Assembly (NCBI GenBank): GCA_020137815.1 | Contig: CM035351.1 | Coordinates: 7,502,001 to 7,566,000 of the forward strand | DNA from: Hormiphora californensis | Taxonomy: Eukaryota > Animalia > Ctenophora | DNA: 64,000 nucleotides | Direction of reading: 5' to 3' | Notes under the pieces: model-generated | The model's database searches: none | The model's input: the letters and a program-made list of their open reading frames with translations, nothing else | What the model was told of the DNA's origin: nothing | In this document: in pieces, positions 43,226 to 55,100 of the stretch | Numbering within the stretch: position 1 is the first letter of the stretch | How the letters are laid out: the number at the start of each line of letters is the position of its first letter | Position numbers and translations under genes: made by a program

Positions 43226-46200
43226 ATGACAAGTATTGAAGCCTCTTCTCCTCCTTCTTGTATCCCTCATTAAGTGTTCCTCTACCTACTGAAATCTTCG
43301 ATAATCTCTTGAGGGCGAGTCAGTGTTGGACATCCAGACTCCGCTCGGTACTCCGTGGCACACCACATTCTAACTTCAGATCACATTGATGATATTGTAG
43401 GAGTTATAAAACACTTCAAGAGTAATACAACAGATGAATCAAATCAGTGTGCTCACAAGATTGCAAACATCTTTGAGAGCTTGGAGACCACCAACCGAAT
43501 GGAAGGAGTTAAATGTAAGATCACGATTATATATGCCTGCTGGTAGAACTAAACTTAGGCCTAAATAGCAGATAGCACAAATATGAGCAGGAATAAAACG
43601 AATATTGTAAATTGTAAAATATCGTTTGATGATATGATGTTCTGTATAGATCGATCACGAAACTCTAACACAAGTTAACTGATACTCCCTTTTAGTTATC
43701 GATGCGCTTGGTAAACCGCCCAGTGGACTGCTTAGTGGTAACACGGTTCTGATGGGTAGTTACGATAGTTGTGCGGATATCAACAACACAGACCACCAGT
43801 GGTACAAATCCTGTCACATCTCCGCAACTGGTGTTATTGTGAGTTGTGATCTCTAACTTTGTGAAACATCCTCAATTTTTGTAAGGACTACCATTCCCAA
43901 CATTGGGGATCACTCTCCTTTGTTTGAGTGTTTTCTACAAAGATGATACCATTGTCACCCCTAGCCTGACCACTGACCACTGTCCCTCTCCCCCAGGCGA
44001 CTAAAGAATACCTGCCCCTAACCTGGACAGTGTGTTTTCCAGCTGAGTGTCGGGGAGGTAACTACACTGACCTGACTAGGAAAATTCTGGCAGTGATCAA
44101 TAGAGAACCCTACCTGTTCTACATACCGGAAACTACCATAGCAACTGATTGCCAAGAGGACACCGAACTGGTAGTAGGGTCATATGTTGCCATAGCCCTC
44201 ATTGGTGTTGTGGCTTTTATGGGATTTGTAGGGACCCTTTGGAAACCGGTTGTGGATCTTGTGGAGTCATTCAGGAGTAACAAAGACCTCCAGGTTAGAC
44301 CTGATTAGTAGGGTGATCCAATCGTTCTCAGTATATCGCTTTGACGCTGAACAGTGTCACTGTCAGTTAAACTCCGCCACAGAACCAAACTCCCAGAACT
44401 ACATATAACACTGTGACATATCTCTCACTCCCAGAACTATAACACTGTGACATATCTCTCACTCCCAGAACTATAACACTGTAACATATCTCTCCCCTCA
44501 TCAGGTGCTGGTTAACAGCGGGGAAGTGGGTGAAGAAGATGAAGAGATTGTAGAAGATGGTAGAACACCCCCTCCAGATACCTCACAGGGGAAGGATTTC
44601 ATACCCCAATCTACCTTGGGTAAGAGTGTAGCTAGTGGACTGGCTGGCGATCAGCTGAATGAAGCTGGGCAATAAGTTCAGTGAGTAGGACACAACACAC
44701 TCCTTTTACCATCCTTCTGAGCCCAACTATCCCATATATCCAATATCCTATGACAACTATCCCCATTTCCCATGATCAAGTCAAGTGTTTATCCTCCATT
44801 TCCCAAGTTCAAAGAAGGTCTCTCCCCAGGTCTTGTGTTCAACAGTTTCTCTCTGTCCCGCACCTGGGAGGCACTTCTTGATACCACTACAAAACCTGGT
44901 CAGATTCTCTGTCTAAACGGAATCAGGGTCCTCAGTATCAACTGGGTTGTACTGGGGCACCTTTATCTAATTGGTCTCGGTGCAGCAGGTACTAACTTTA
45001 GATCTGTTACAAGATGAATGTCTTTTTAGCAGGAAATTTAATAATAGGGTTTGGTAGCTTAGTGGTTTATAGCTCCGAGCATGTCTCTCTGGAGGTCCCT
45101 GGTTCAATTCCCGGTCAAACCCAGTATTTTTCGATTTTTTTCCCTATTTAATTCTTGCTCTGAACTCATTATTCAGGAAATGTAACCGTTATAACTAGGA
45201 CTCAACTCGTGTGAGCTTGTTTCTAGAATACCTACGTCGTGTTTTAGGGGATATAGGGAATGTAGGTGACATATACCGTAGTTTTTGGCACACATTTACC
45301 TGGAACGGTCTGCCCTCAGTCGACTCTTTCTTTCTTATGAGGTCCCACTATAATAGTATCACGTGTAATAATTTAATGTAACTGTTATGATCACATGTGT
45401 AACTAAATGTTCTATTATATTACAACTAGCTGCAACTAGGGCTGAGCTATACGTCGTGTTTTAGGGGGTATAGGGGATGTTGTTGACATAGTATACCGTG
45501 GTTATTGGCACACATTTACCTGGAACGCTCTGCCCTCATGTCGACTCTTTCTTTCTTATGAGGTCCCTGCACTAGTATCGCGTGTAACTGTTTTTTGATC
45601 GCATATAACTAAATGTTTAACTTAATGTGTGAACTAAATGTTCAACTAATATATGTTGCTGGCTGATTTTGATTTGTTGTCATTCAGATTATACCAATGC
45701 GTTACCGATTTGGCAGCGATGGTCAATGGAAGTTGTCTACAATGGATTGCCTTCAGTCGATACCTTCTTTTTTCTCAGGTGCAGCTGCATCCCATATAAT
45801 ATCTTTGTATGTGTGTGTGATAGTGTTTTTATGTTTGAGTACGGTGTCCCCTCCCTCCCCTCTTATATCTCCTTTCCTGAGATGATCCTCACCCAGAGTG
45901 CATCGTACTCAAAACATAGCTATGTGTAAGAAAACCTTCTATCGCTTCACTTCAATAGAACTTTCTGTTTTCAGCGGATTCCTAGTTTCCCTGTTGTTGA
46001 GCAAGGAGTTAGCCCGAAAAGGAGGAACGTTTAACATTGCAGCGTATTTTATACACCGCTATATTCGGTTAACAGCCCCATTCCTCATCGTTACCATGGT
46101 AACAGGATTCCTGCTGCCTGTTATCGTTCGGGGACCCTTCGAGACAATTCTCAAACCGGTAAATTCCCAGCTCCCCAGGTGCGAAACACTATCAACCAGT

Positions 46201-47875
46201 TATCCCATAATTTATTATAAACCCCGCTGTATATTCTCAGTTGTTACAATCATGCCAAGCCTACTGGTGGACGAACCTCCTGTACCTCAACAACTTCATA
46301 CCCTGGTCCAAGATGGAAATCTGTGTGGGGCACTCCTGGTACCTGTCCAATGACTTCCAATTCTATGCTGTCGCACCTATCTTCATCTACCTTCTCTACA
46401 AGTCCCCGCGGATAGGTGGGTAGGGAAGTGTTGGCTGGGTAGGGAAGTGTGGGCTGGGTAGGGAAGTGTGGGCTGGGTAGGGAAGGGTGGGCTGGGTAGG
46501 GAAGTGTTGGCTGGGTGCCAAGTGGGACACAGCTCGTCCCCTGATAGCAAGTATCTCATGACCAAGTTCACTTGTTATCTTTCGACTTTCATCCACCACA
46601 CGCACGACTATAACAGGGCACATGCCTTAAACAAGTACAAGTTTTACTCCTTCCCCATTTAAATATAACCAGTGTTGTACAATTACAACCTTCTCTTCTC
46701 CAGGTGTATCAGTCACGCTGGTAGCCTTGGCGGGGAGCTGTATAGCAGCAGGGGTCCTGTCATGGATACACAACTTTACAGCCACAGTCATCCTAGAGTA
46801 AGTGGGAGTTGCTTTACAAGTTCAAATTATGGCCCGTGTCCCTCCCCCTAACCAGAATATGAACAACTTGATGCTAATCAACATGTCTCCCCCATATCAG
46901 GGTGAATGCATTTGATGACTTCAGAATGATGTACATCAAACCCTGGATCAGGATCCCACCCTATCTAGTTGGTGTGCTGGGCGGCTGGTGGACTTTCAAG
47001 AATCTTGACAGCCTTAAACTTTTCGTTGGGCGCCTCAGAATGGTAGTTTGACATTGTGTGGCTCACATCGTATCGTATCCCAGAGTTCGGTAGATCAAGT
47101 TTAATACAACTTTGAATTGTAGTTGTGTGGATTAACTAAATCTTTACCCACCATGCAGGGCCAGAAGTTGCTGTTGGGATCTGCAGTGTGGCTAATAACA
47201 TGTACTATCCAGTACTGGATCGTGTTCGGGCTTCACTCCCAGATGCTTCATAAGCTAGGTATGTAAGTGTAGTAGGTCTGTTATTCATTGATATGATATT
47301 GCCAACTCTGTCGGTTAGTTGTTAAATTCCAACTAATTTATCTCTGCTAATGTACCACATCTTCCTCAGCTGGTGAACCCCAAAGTCACATAGCAGGCAC
47401 TCTCTACGAGACGTTTGCTAGGACCTCTTGGGCTGTGGCCCTCCTCCTCCAAATACTGGCCTGTGAGACTGGTCTGGGTGGTGTTATTAACACCCTGCTC
47501 AGTTGGAGGGGATGGATCGTCCTCTCTCGACTCACCTTCGCAGTATATCTTCTCCACTACTCACTAATCCAGAGTTATGTGGCACAACTCCGACACGCAT
47601 TCTTCTATAGACCTGATTATGAACTGGTAAGTTGTTGAGACAACATCTATGTTCCATTTTTTGTCTGGGGTACTGAGAGAGAGAGGGTCGAGCAACACAA
47701 CTTTATTACTAGGTGTTTATTGTCAATAAATTATTGACCAACTATCAATCTAATTCTCCCCCAGGCGGTTCTCTATATTGGGTTCCTTGGAGTCACCTAT
47801 GCAGTTGCCTCTCTTCTGTTCACTCTAGTGGAGCAGCCTGTTGCCTTCTTAGAGAAGATCTTCTACAGAAGATGA
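43226..47875 (+). CDS. NRF-6 / O-acyltransferase-like protein (NRF domain + acyltransferase-3), multi-exon
   Basis: DALGKPPSGLLSGNTVLMGSYDSC; CLNGIRVLSINWVVLGH; SVDTFFFLSGFL; HRYIRLT; WWTNLLYLNNF; HSWYLSNDFQFY; YIKPWIRIPPY; LSRLTFAVYLLH; LVEQP. Confidence 0.92.
45047..45123 (+). tRNA. tRNA-like sequence (pseudogene or tRNA-derived SINE head), intronic
   Basis: Acceptor stem GGGTTTG/CAAACCC, A box TAGCTTAGTGG, B box GGTTCAATTCC, followed by a T-run; the anticodon arm is non-canonical, so no identity is assigned. Confidence 0.6.
46413..46516 (+). repeat. ~20-bp tandem repeat starting at an NRF-6 splice donor
   Basis: (GGGTAGGGAAGTGTGGGCT-like) x5 immediately after ATAG|GTGGGT. Confidence 0.8.
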
Positions 47876-49129
47876 TAGGACATTGTTTTTGTAGTGTTGT
47901 AATAGTGTTTTTTAGTGTAGTAGTGTTTTCGCCTATCGGTTGTTATCGGTGATGTAGCAATTTTATCTGTTTGTGTGTGTGAAGTTCAGATTTTACTCTA
48001 TCTCGGAGTTTCCGAGGTGGATTGATTTAGTTAATTTTGTTTGAACAGAGGTTTCAGTTTTGTTTTCTGATTTTTGTTCTGAAGATGTTTTGATCTCATA
48101 CCAATTTCTAATTTTGTAAATCCCGTCTATTTTGCTTCCGAACGGTAAACCAACTAGATGACCTGATAACAGGTATCTTGTGAAGTACTGGGTCTGTTTT
48201 ACGCTGGGATTCTACCAACATAAATCAGTATATCTGGGAATCATGAATCATCAGTAATCCTGGCCATGATCTAATGCACCCCGCTGGCCTCTATCTAATC
48301 TCAGTTCTCGCGGTCTAAATCTGTAGACAGCGAGTGATGTAGACGTAGGCGGCGGTGACAGAGAGATGGACTACCTCGCGCGCAGCCTACACACAATGTC
48401 ATGTGACCTGGTAAAGATAGCTGCTAGTGCTGACAAGGAATTCAGGGTCAGAGATCACGTACGCGTCGTCGGTCGTACATACAACAACATATAAGGTTGG
48501 CTGCCGGATTGGTTGCAATGATACGGGAGCACTCGGGTACGTCTGATCATATGCCATAATACCACATGTTTCTATCATATTTCACACAGCGATGAGCGAT
48601 ACTAAAAATGATATTCCTCGATTATCTTCAAATTGAATTAATCAGCCGCAATATGTCACCCATTGCCAGTAGCACTCTCCATCCAAAAGTTTAATACAAT
48701 AATAAACAGTCTTGGTTTCACGTCTATCAATAAAGGTGTATTTTAAAACGGAATTGTGAACATTTTGTGACACTCAAAATCATCAATGAAAGTCCAATTT
48801 CAGAATAAAATTTAGAATAAAAATTAAGATTCACACATCACCAGACGAAGTGAAGCTTGGAAGTTTTGACATGCCGCAAGTTACGTGAAACCAGTCACCA
48901 TTTCTTAGTTGTTTAGTCAACAAGATTTAATTAAAAATTAATCGAAGATCACGAACATAAGGTTCTTGGGAGTTTTGGTAAAATTATTTAAAAAATCAGC
49001 GCCAATCAACATCAAAAGTATTAAATCAGTTCCAATAAAATAATAAAGAGTGGGTGATGAACCTAAAATTAAATCACTGAATGACTGTTATAGCTGCACT
49101 GTCTCTACTGATAGGGCTGTCCAATAAAT

Positions 49130-52100
49130 TCAAGTGACACTCTGTATAATACTCATATCCACTGCCACATCCAGCTCCTCTAAGATATGAAGCAGACCCA
49201 CCATCTGATCAAACTCATCATCATGTTTAAACACACTGCTATTATCGTAATACTTCTCTGCTGCAAGAGATTGTCCGATCATATAAATCCACCTCCGCAG
49301 CATTCTCTCCTTGACCCCTACACAGAGGAGGGTTTGTAGTTTACCATCCAGACCGACACTCTTAGAGGAGGGACGTTCCAGGCGTAGTACCCACTCCATG
49401 AAGGTCTTTATGGCGGGTTGGTCGGGGTGAGAGCTAGCCAGTCGTGATACCTCCTCGTAAACCTGTGGGAGAGAGATATGGAGGGGTGGAAATAGTTCTA
49501 GTTGATGGGTAATGTTCGAGCGAGGAGGGGGAGTTATTACATGCCAACCGAGAGGGGTGTAATTACCTGTAGGATTAGTTCCCATGGCAACACAGGCCCT
49601 CGGGTAAACCTGGCGATGGGCTTTAGACCTGTAGACAGGATAAGTCGAAGGGCAGGAACCAATCCCTGGGGACCACATAATAAGTTCACCTCTCCACGAT
49701 CTGTTATAGAAAAGGATATCATTTGTTTGGAGCAGATAGATCATGACATATCCGACTTTAGGATCCGATTTAATTGGGCATTTGGTGTTTACTATCCGGG
49801 AGATGGAAAGAAAGATATGTTGCTCTTACACGTACTGTTAGGTGATGCTCCCTTGTAACACCGTTTAACCAGTGCATTGATGGAGGTAGCAAGTAACTCT
49901 TGGGCTCGCGATGAGTTCACTGGGCTGCTGACATCTTGCCTCAGAGGTCCTACAGAGAGAGGGAGATGAGGGAGTTACAATACTGTACGTGGTTGTTGAG
50001 TAAGGGGAAGAGTACGTGGTGGTATTATAGGGTGGGGTTAAAATGGTACGTGGTGGCGTTATAGCTGTAAAGAGAGAATGCTCCATTTCCAGAGACATGT
50101 GTCCTGTTCAACATATGGAGATTTAGCGGCCGCTATAGCCTATAGTACAGGTACACGTTCTGTATGTGTTTTCTGAAGAAGGTCAAATCAAACTGACCAC
50201 TAGGGATATTAATAATTTCTATGTTTCTAGAACACCCATGTAGTGGCCAACAATGTGGCAGGAGCTGACTGACATGGATCAGGGAACTGTGGCAGCATAG
50301 CAAATACAGACAGCAGTCTGCTAGCTAAAGAAGGGCACAGAGAAACAGCAGCTATGTAAAGGGGCAATATACACCACGAGGTACAAAGGTCACAGCGGGG
50401 ACTGAGGGCTAGAGAAAGTACTACACAGCGGATATACTGAGAGAAGCTGCTTACCCAGGAAGGTTACATCGTCCCGAGTAGGAGAGGGGCTCTCAACTGT
50501 GATAATATACACATCAATCGAATAGAATTAGTTTAGTATTCTCAGATCATACTGACACACTCATAACACGTAACAGAAATGTATGTTTTAATACATGCCG
50601 TCCAGGCCAAACAGGGCCAGTAAATCGACCCTGTTCAGCATCAGAGCGGTATTTAACTTGGTTACTTACGTTTAGAAGATCGTAGAGCTCTGTATTCAGA
50701 GCGAGATATCCTCTCACCAATCAACAACCTCTCGATACTCCCGTCCAAATTGTTTCTGAAAGTGTAGGGGTCCCATGAATAACTTTGCGGTTAATAAATA
50801 TCATTACTATTCTGCCATTTACGAGCGTAAATGGGTGACTTCGTAACTAACATTTCAACTTGGTTATGTATGAGAATCAGTAGTCAGTACGTGTTTTTAA
50901 ACATACACTAAGCTGTCATCAAGAGTGTAAACATGCACACTGTATCCAAACATTATGAGTACACTCTCTTACTAAAGCCGCACAGACAGTACCCACAAAC
51001 CAACTCAAATTGTGATCATAGAATTTCCGCCAAACCAAGAAATAATGTGAACTCACTTGCTGAGCCAGTACCCGCACCGGAAGAGGGTACAGTGTCCAGT
51101 AAGAGCGTTCTCCACTAGGATGTGGTCCAGCAGCCAGCCCGGGGAGTACCCGCTGTTATCATGCCCAACTCTCAGGGACCTCAACTCCCCCAGGTTCCGG
51201 GTCTATAGATGGGGTATTGATCTTCAGTAATCACATGAGATCAGATCTAGATATTAGATATATGCAAAGGTTGCATTTCAAATATCCAGATACTTTTGTT
51301 TTCACATCACCACCACACGAGCTGCCCCATGTCACGTGGTGGTTCCTAAATCCTATATTTACCTCAATATTGACGACGTTCTCTCCCCTGGGTAGGGTAT
51401 AAACCCCGGTATCTCCCTTATCCCCAGAGAGAAGCAGCCAGGTATTGGCAGTTGTTTGAGCGTAGAACTTCCCACTTGTCAGTAGGTATATTCGGTACTG
51501 AATAGCTGGATAAGAAGAGTGGTTTAGAACAGGAAAAGGGGGAATTCGGTCACATAGCAAGTTCATCTCATTCAGGCAGCCAATCAAGATAAAATCACTC
51601 TACAGCTACTAGTATCTTGCACTAAACTGCATTATGGCGCGGTTAATTCTCTGATAAGATACCCGTTACCAATGCCTATAACACAAGTGTAAGATCATGC
51701 TCAGCTCTACCTATGGCAGGAAAAGAGGATGTGAAGCAGAGGAAAGGCACAGCACTCAGTGTGTAGAGATACTTTATAAATGGGGCCACCTTCTCTTCCT
51801 CTCTGAGGAAGGCGTAGTCCTTGTAGGTTCTAGATAGAGCTGCCGGGTCTGAAGTTAACAGCTCCATGTACTGGTGGAGACACTGCTTCTCAATGGAGAG
51901 ACGAATCCAGGCCCTAGCCCGCCCTGCATCCGTCCTGAGAGAGGTAGAGATATATGGTTAATACATTACTTGTTAACGTGGCAGAAAACAAGACTGCTAA
52001 AACCTAAACAATGGTTAGTAATACCATCCTATATACCTGATCATGCGGATGTTTTTGATGTTCTGGATGTCATGATAGAGCCCCTCAGAGGGAGTGAGAT

Positions 52101-55100
52101 CCCCGGGTAACCCTGACGATGGTGTTTGGGAGTTGGATCTACGGAAGAAAGTAGCTGCCCTCATCTCTTCTATAGTATCATCCTCACTTGTCGAACCAGT
52201 CGATGCTAGGGGAGTATAATGGTTAGCTGTGTATTTAACTTTCGATCTGGAGCATTTAATTGCGACTAGGAAAACATTCCACAGCAACAAACCTTCATGT
52301 GGACTTACTTGTTTTGTACAACAGTATAACTTGGCAAGGACTTACATGGTGATGGGCCAGGGTTAATTTCCCTCCGTCTATCAAACTGCCTTCTGAGAGA
52401 GTTCCACAGTGCACTCTTCCCATCTCTCACAATCAGTCCGTGACTCCATACCCTCTCCACCAGATCACAGATGGATCCCACCAGACCATTCTCCTCAACA
52501 TCCCTAACTACGTAACCTAGTCCCTGACCCTCGGCACCCATCTTTAGAACGAGCAGACGGTTTATCTTGTTTTTACACTCCTGGGGGATTAGATTGTGAG
52601 TGTTGCTCATCAAATAATCAGCAACCATGTGGAGTGTGCTGCAGTACATTCTGGTAACACCACGAGTCTCAATTCCCCTCTTTTCACCTTCAGAAGTTGG
52701 TTGGTGAAGTCAGCATGAGTTTTAATTATTTTCTCTAAACTCTCCTCCCTTTCTATTGCACTAGCAGGGGAGGGGGTGGTCGGCTGGGTTGGGCTCTGTT
52801 CTTGCTTTGCTAGAGCCTCCTTTATAGATCGCTGTCTTAAGAGTTTCTTTTGGATTGACCTGGAGATAGAGAGGGGTTATTAGACCGTGTTTGCCTGCCC
52901 TAAATAGACACGATCTCAATATGTCATTAGCAGGAAGCGACCGAATATTCGGTTCGGTTCGGTTCGGTTCGGAAATTCGGTGTTTTTTCGGTGGTTCGGT
53001 TCGGTTCGGTTCGGTGGAAAATTTTGGCCGAATCACCGAATTTTTTGTTCAAAAAATGGCCAAAAATCGGGCTTTTCGGCCATCGTTTGTCAATTATTTC
53101 ACGAAAATTTTATGGATTTCAATGTTAATTTTGCCGTATGAACCCTGTTTCGAATCGACGATGCTATGTGGAAGTGATTTCGCTGATTAGCGGGCTCGAT
53201 ATGGATTGATTTTATACGTGACTTCCCATGGAATCATGTCCTCATAAGGGAGTCATCAATTTCATATGCAAAGTTTTCTCTAAAAAGTCACGGAAAGCAC
53301 CGATCAAGGTGTTGAGAATCATTCTTTGAAATTTTGTAAAAAAGTTTGGAAAATATTTCAAAGTCAATTTTGTGAAAAATTTTCAAAGTCAAATTTTTCG
53401 AAAATTTTCTAAGTCAATTTTTGCGTACGAATCGTGTTTCGAATTGGCAATGCTAAGCGGGAGTGATGTTGATAATTAGCGGGTTCGAGATGGACTGTGC
53501 TGATACATGATCCCCAATCAAGTGTAATTAGGAAATTTAGGGGGACATGATTCATTGTCTAATTAGCGGCATCACATATCAGCAAAATCCATCTCTAACC
53601 CGCAAATTAGAAACAAAACTCCCGCTTAGCAGTGCCGATTCGAAACACGATTCATATACCATAATTTTGACTTGAAAAATTTTTCAAAAATTTTTTAACA
53701 AAATTTTTCGGAATGATTCTCAATACCTTGATCGATGCTCTCCATGAATTTTTAGAAAAACATAAAATTTTCATAAATTTTCTAAATCAATTTTTGCGTA
53801 CGAATCGTGATTCGAATCGACAATGCTAAGCGGGAGTGATATTGCTAATTAGCCAGTTCAAGATGAATTGTGCTGGTACGTGAACCCTCATCGAATCTAA
53901 TTAGGAAATTTAGGGGTAACACGATTCATCGTCTAATTAGCGACAGTATTTCCAGATATCATCACTGATTCGAATCACGATTCGTACGCATAAATTGACT
54001 TAGAAATTTTTTTCACAAAATTAAATGTTTTTTCTAAAAATTCATGGAGAGCATCGATCAAGGTATTGAGAATCATTCCAAGAAATTTTGTGAAAAAAGT
54101 TTTGAAAAATTTTTTCCCTGCCCGGGTGGATGCCGAAGGCATCCACCCGGATGCCTTTTTACCTTGTAAAAAGGCATAGCAGGGTTAGAATTCGAAAACG
54201 ACATTTTGGTATACTAACTAATCGGTAGAGGGACCATTTTGGTCACACTTTCGTTGCGAGGGGCAACCGTGCGGCGCGCGCGATTTGAAGTTTGCGGAGT
54301 AACATGCGCGCCCACAAACTATTGAAAATTTATGAGGCGTGCGCGGCTATAAACTGTAACGCGCGGCAAAATTTGTTTTATATCGGCCGCGCGTCTTGAA
54401 TGAAGAAACTGGAGAAATTGAAAAATTTGTTCTGCGTTTTTTTTGTTGTTTTTTTAAAAATCACTTATTTTAAATAAAACTTGAAAAGCGCTGCCTTATC
54501 CCGCGCTATCGGGGGCCAGCAACGTTTGCCAAACATATCAGTCAAGTGATCAGGAATGATGAGCTGACTGGGGCAGGGAAACTCAGCATTATATGAAGTA
54601 TGAACGTTTGTAGACTGGCGTGTTATCAAGTTGGCTGTTCCCAGCGCGAGCTGGGGACAGCCAACTGGAGTTTAATCGCCCGGCAGGGCGATTAAACTGG
54701 TTTAAATCCCGACGCCGATCCCGAGGCGCCAGCCGAGGGTGAGGGGGAGGTGATTTAAACCTATAACGCGATAGGCTAACAAACGTTCATATTTTATGAA
54801 ACCCGATAGTAATTACACACAAATAAGAGACACAACACAAGGTGAAACACACTAGGACTGCTGGCAATTAGTCAACAGACACCGTGAAAATGTGTGTAGA
54901 CTTAGTGTCTACTGTTCCTAACATGTTTGAGAAAGAGAGAGAAAGATTAGGGGCAATACACACTGTCAGAGGTAGTGAACAGTAAAAGAGAGAATGAGAG
55001 AGAGAAATGAATGGAATGTGATTCTTTTCACTCCTTATGAGAGAGATAACATTGAAACGTGTTGCAGACATGTTTCCCCTTTCTTTTGTTGACAGAACTG

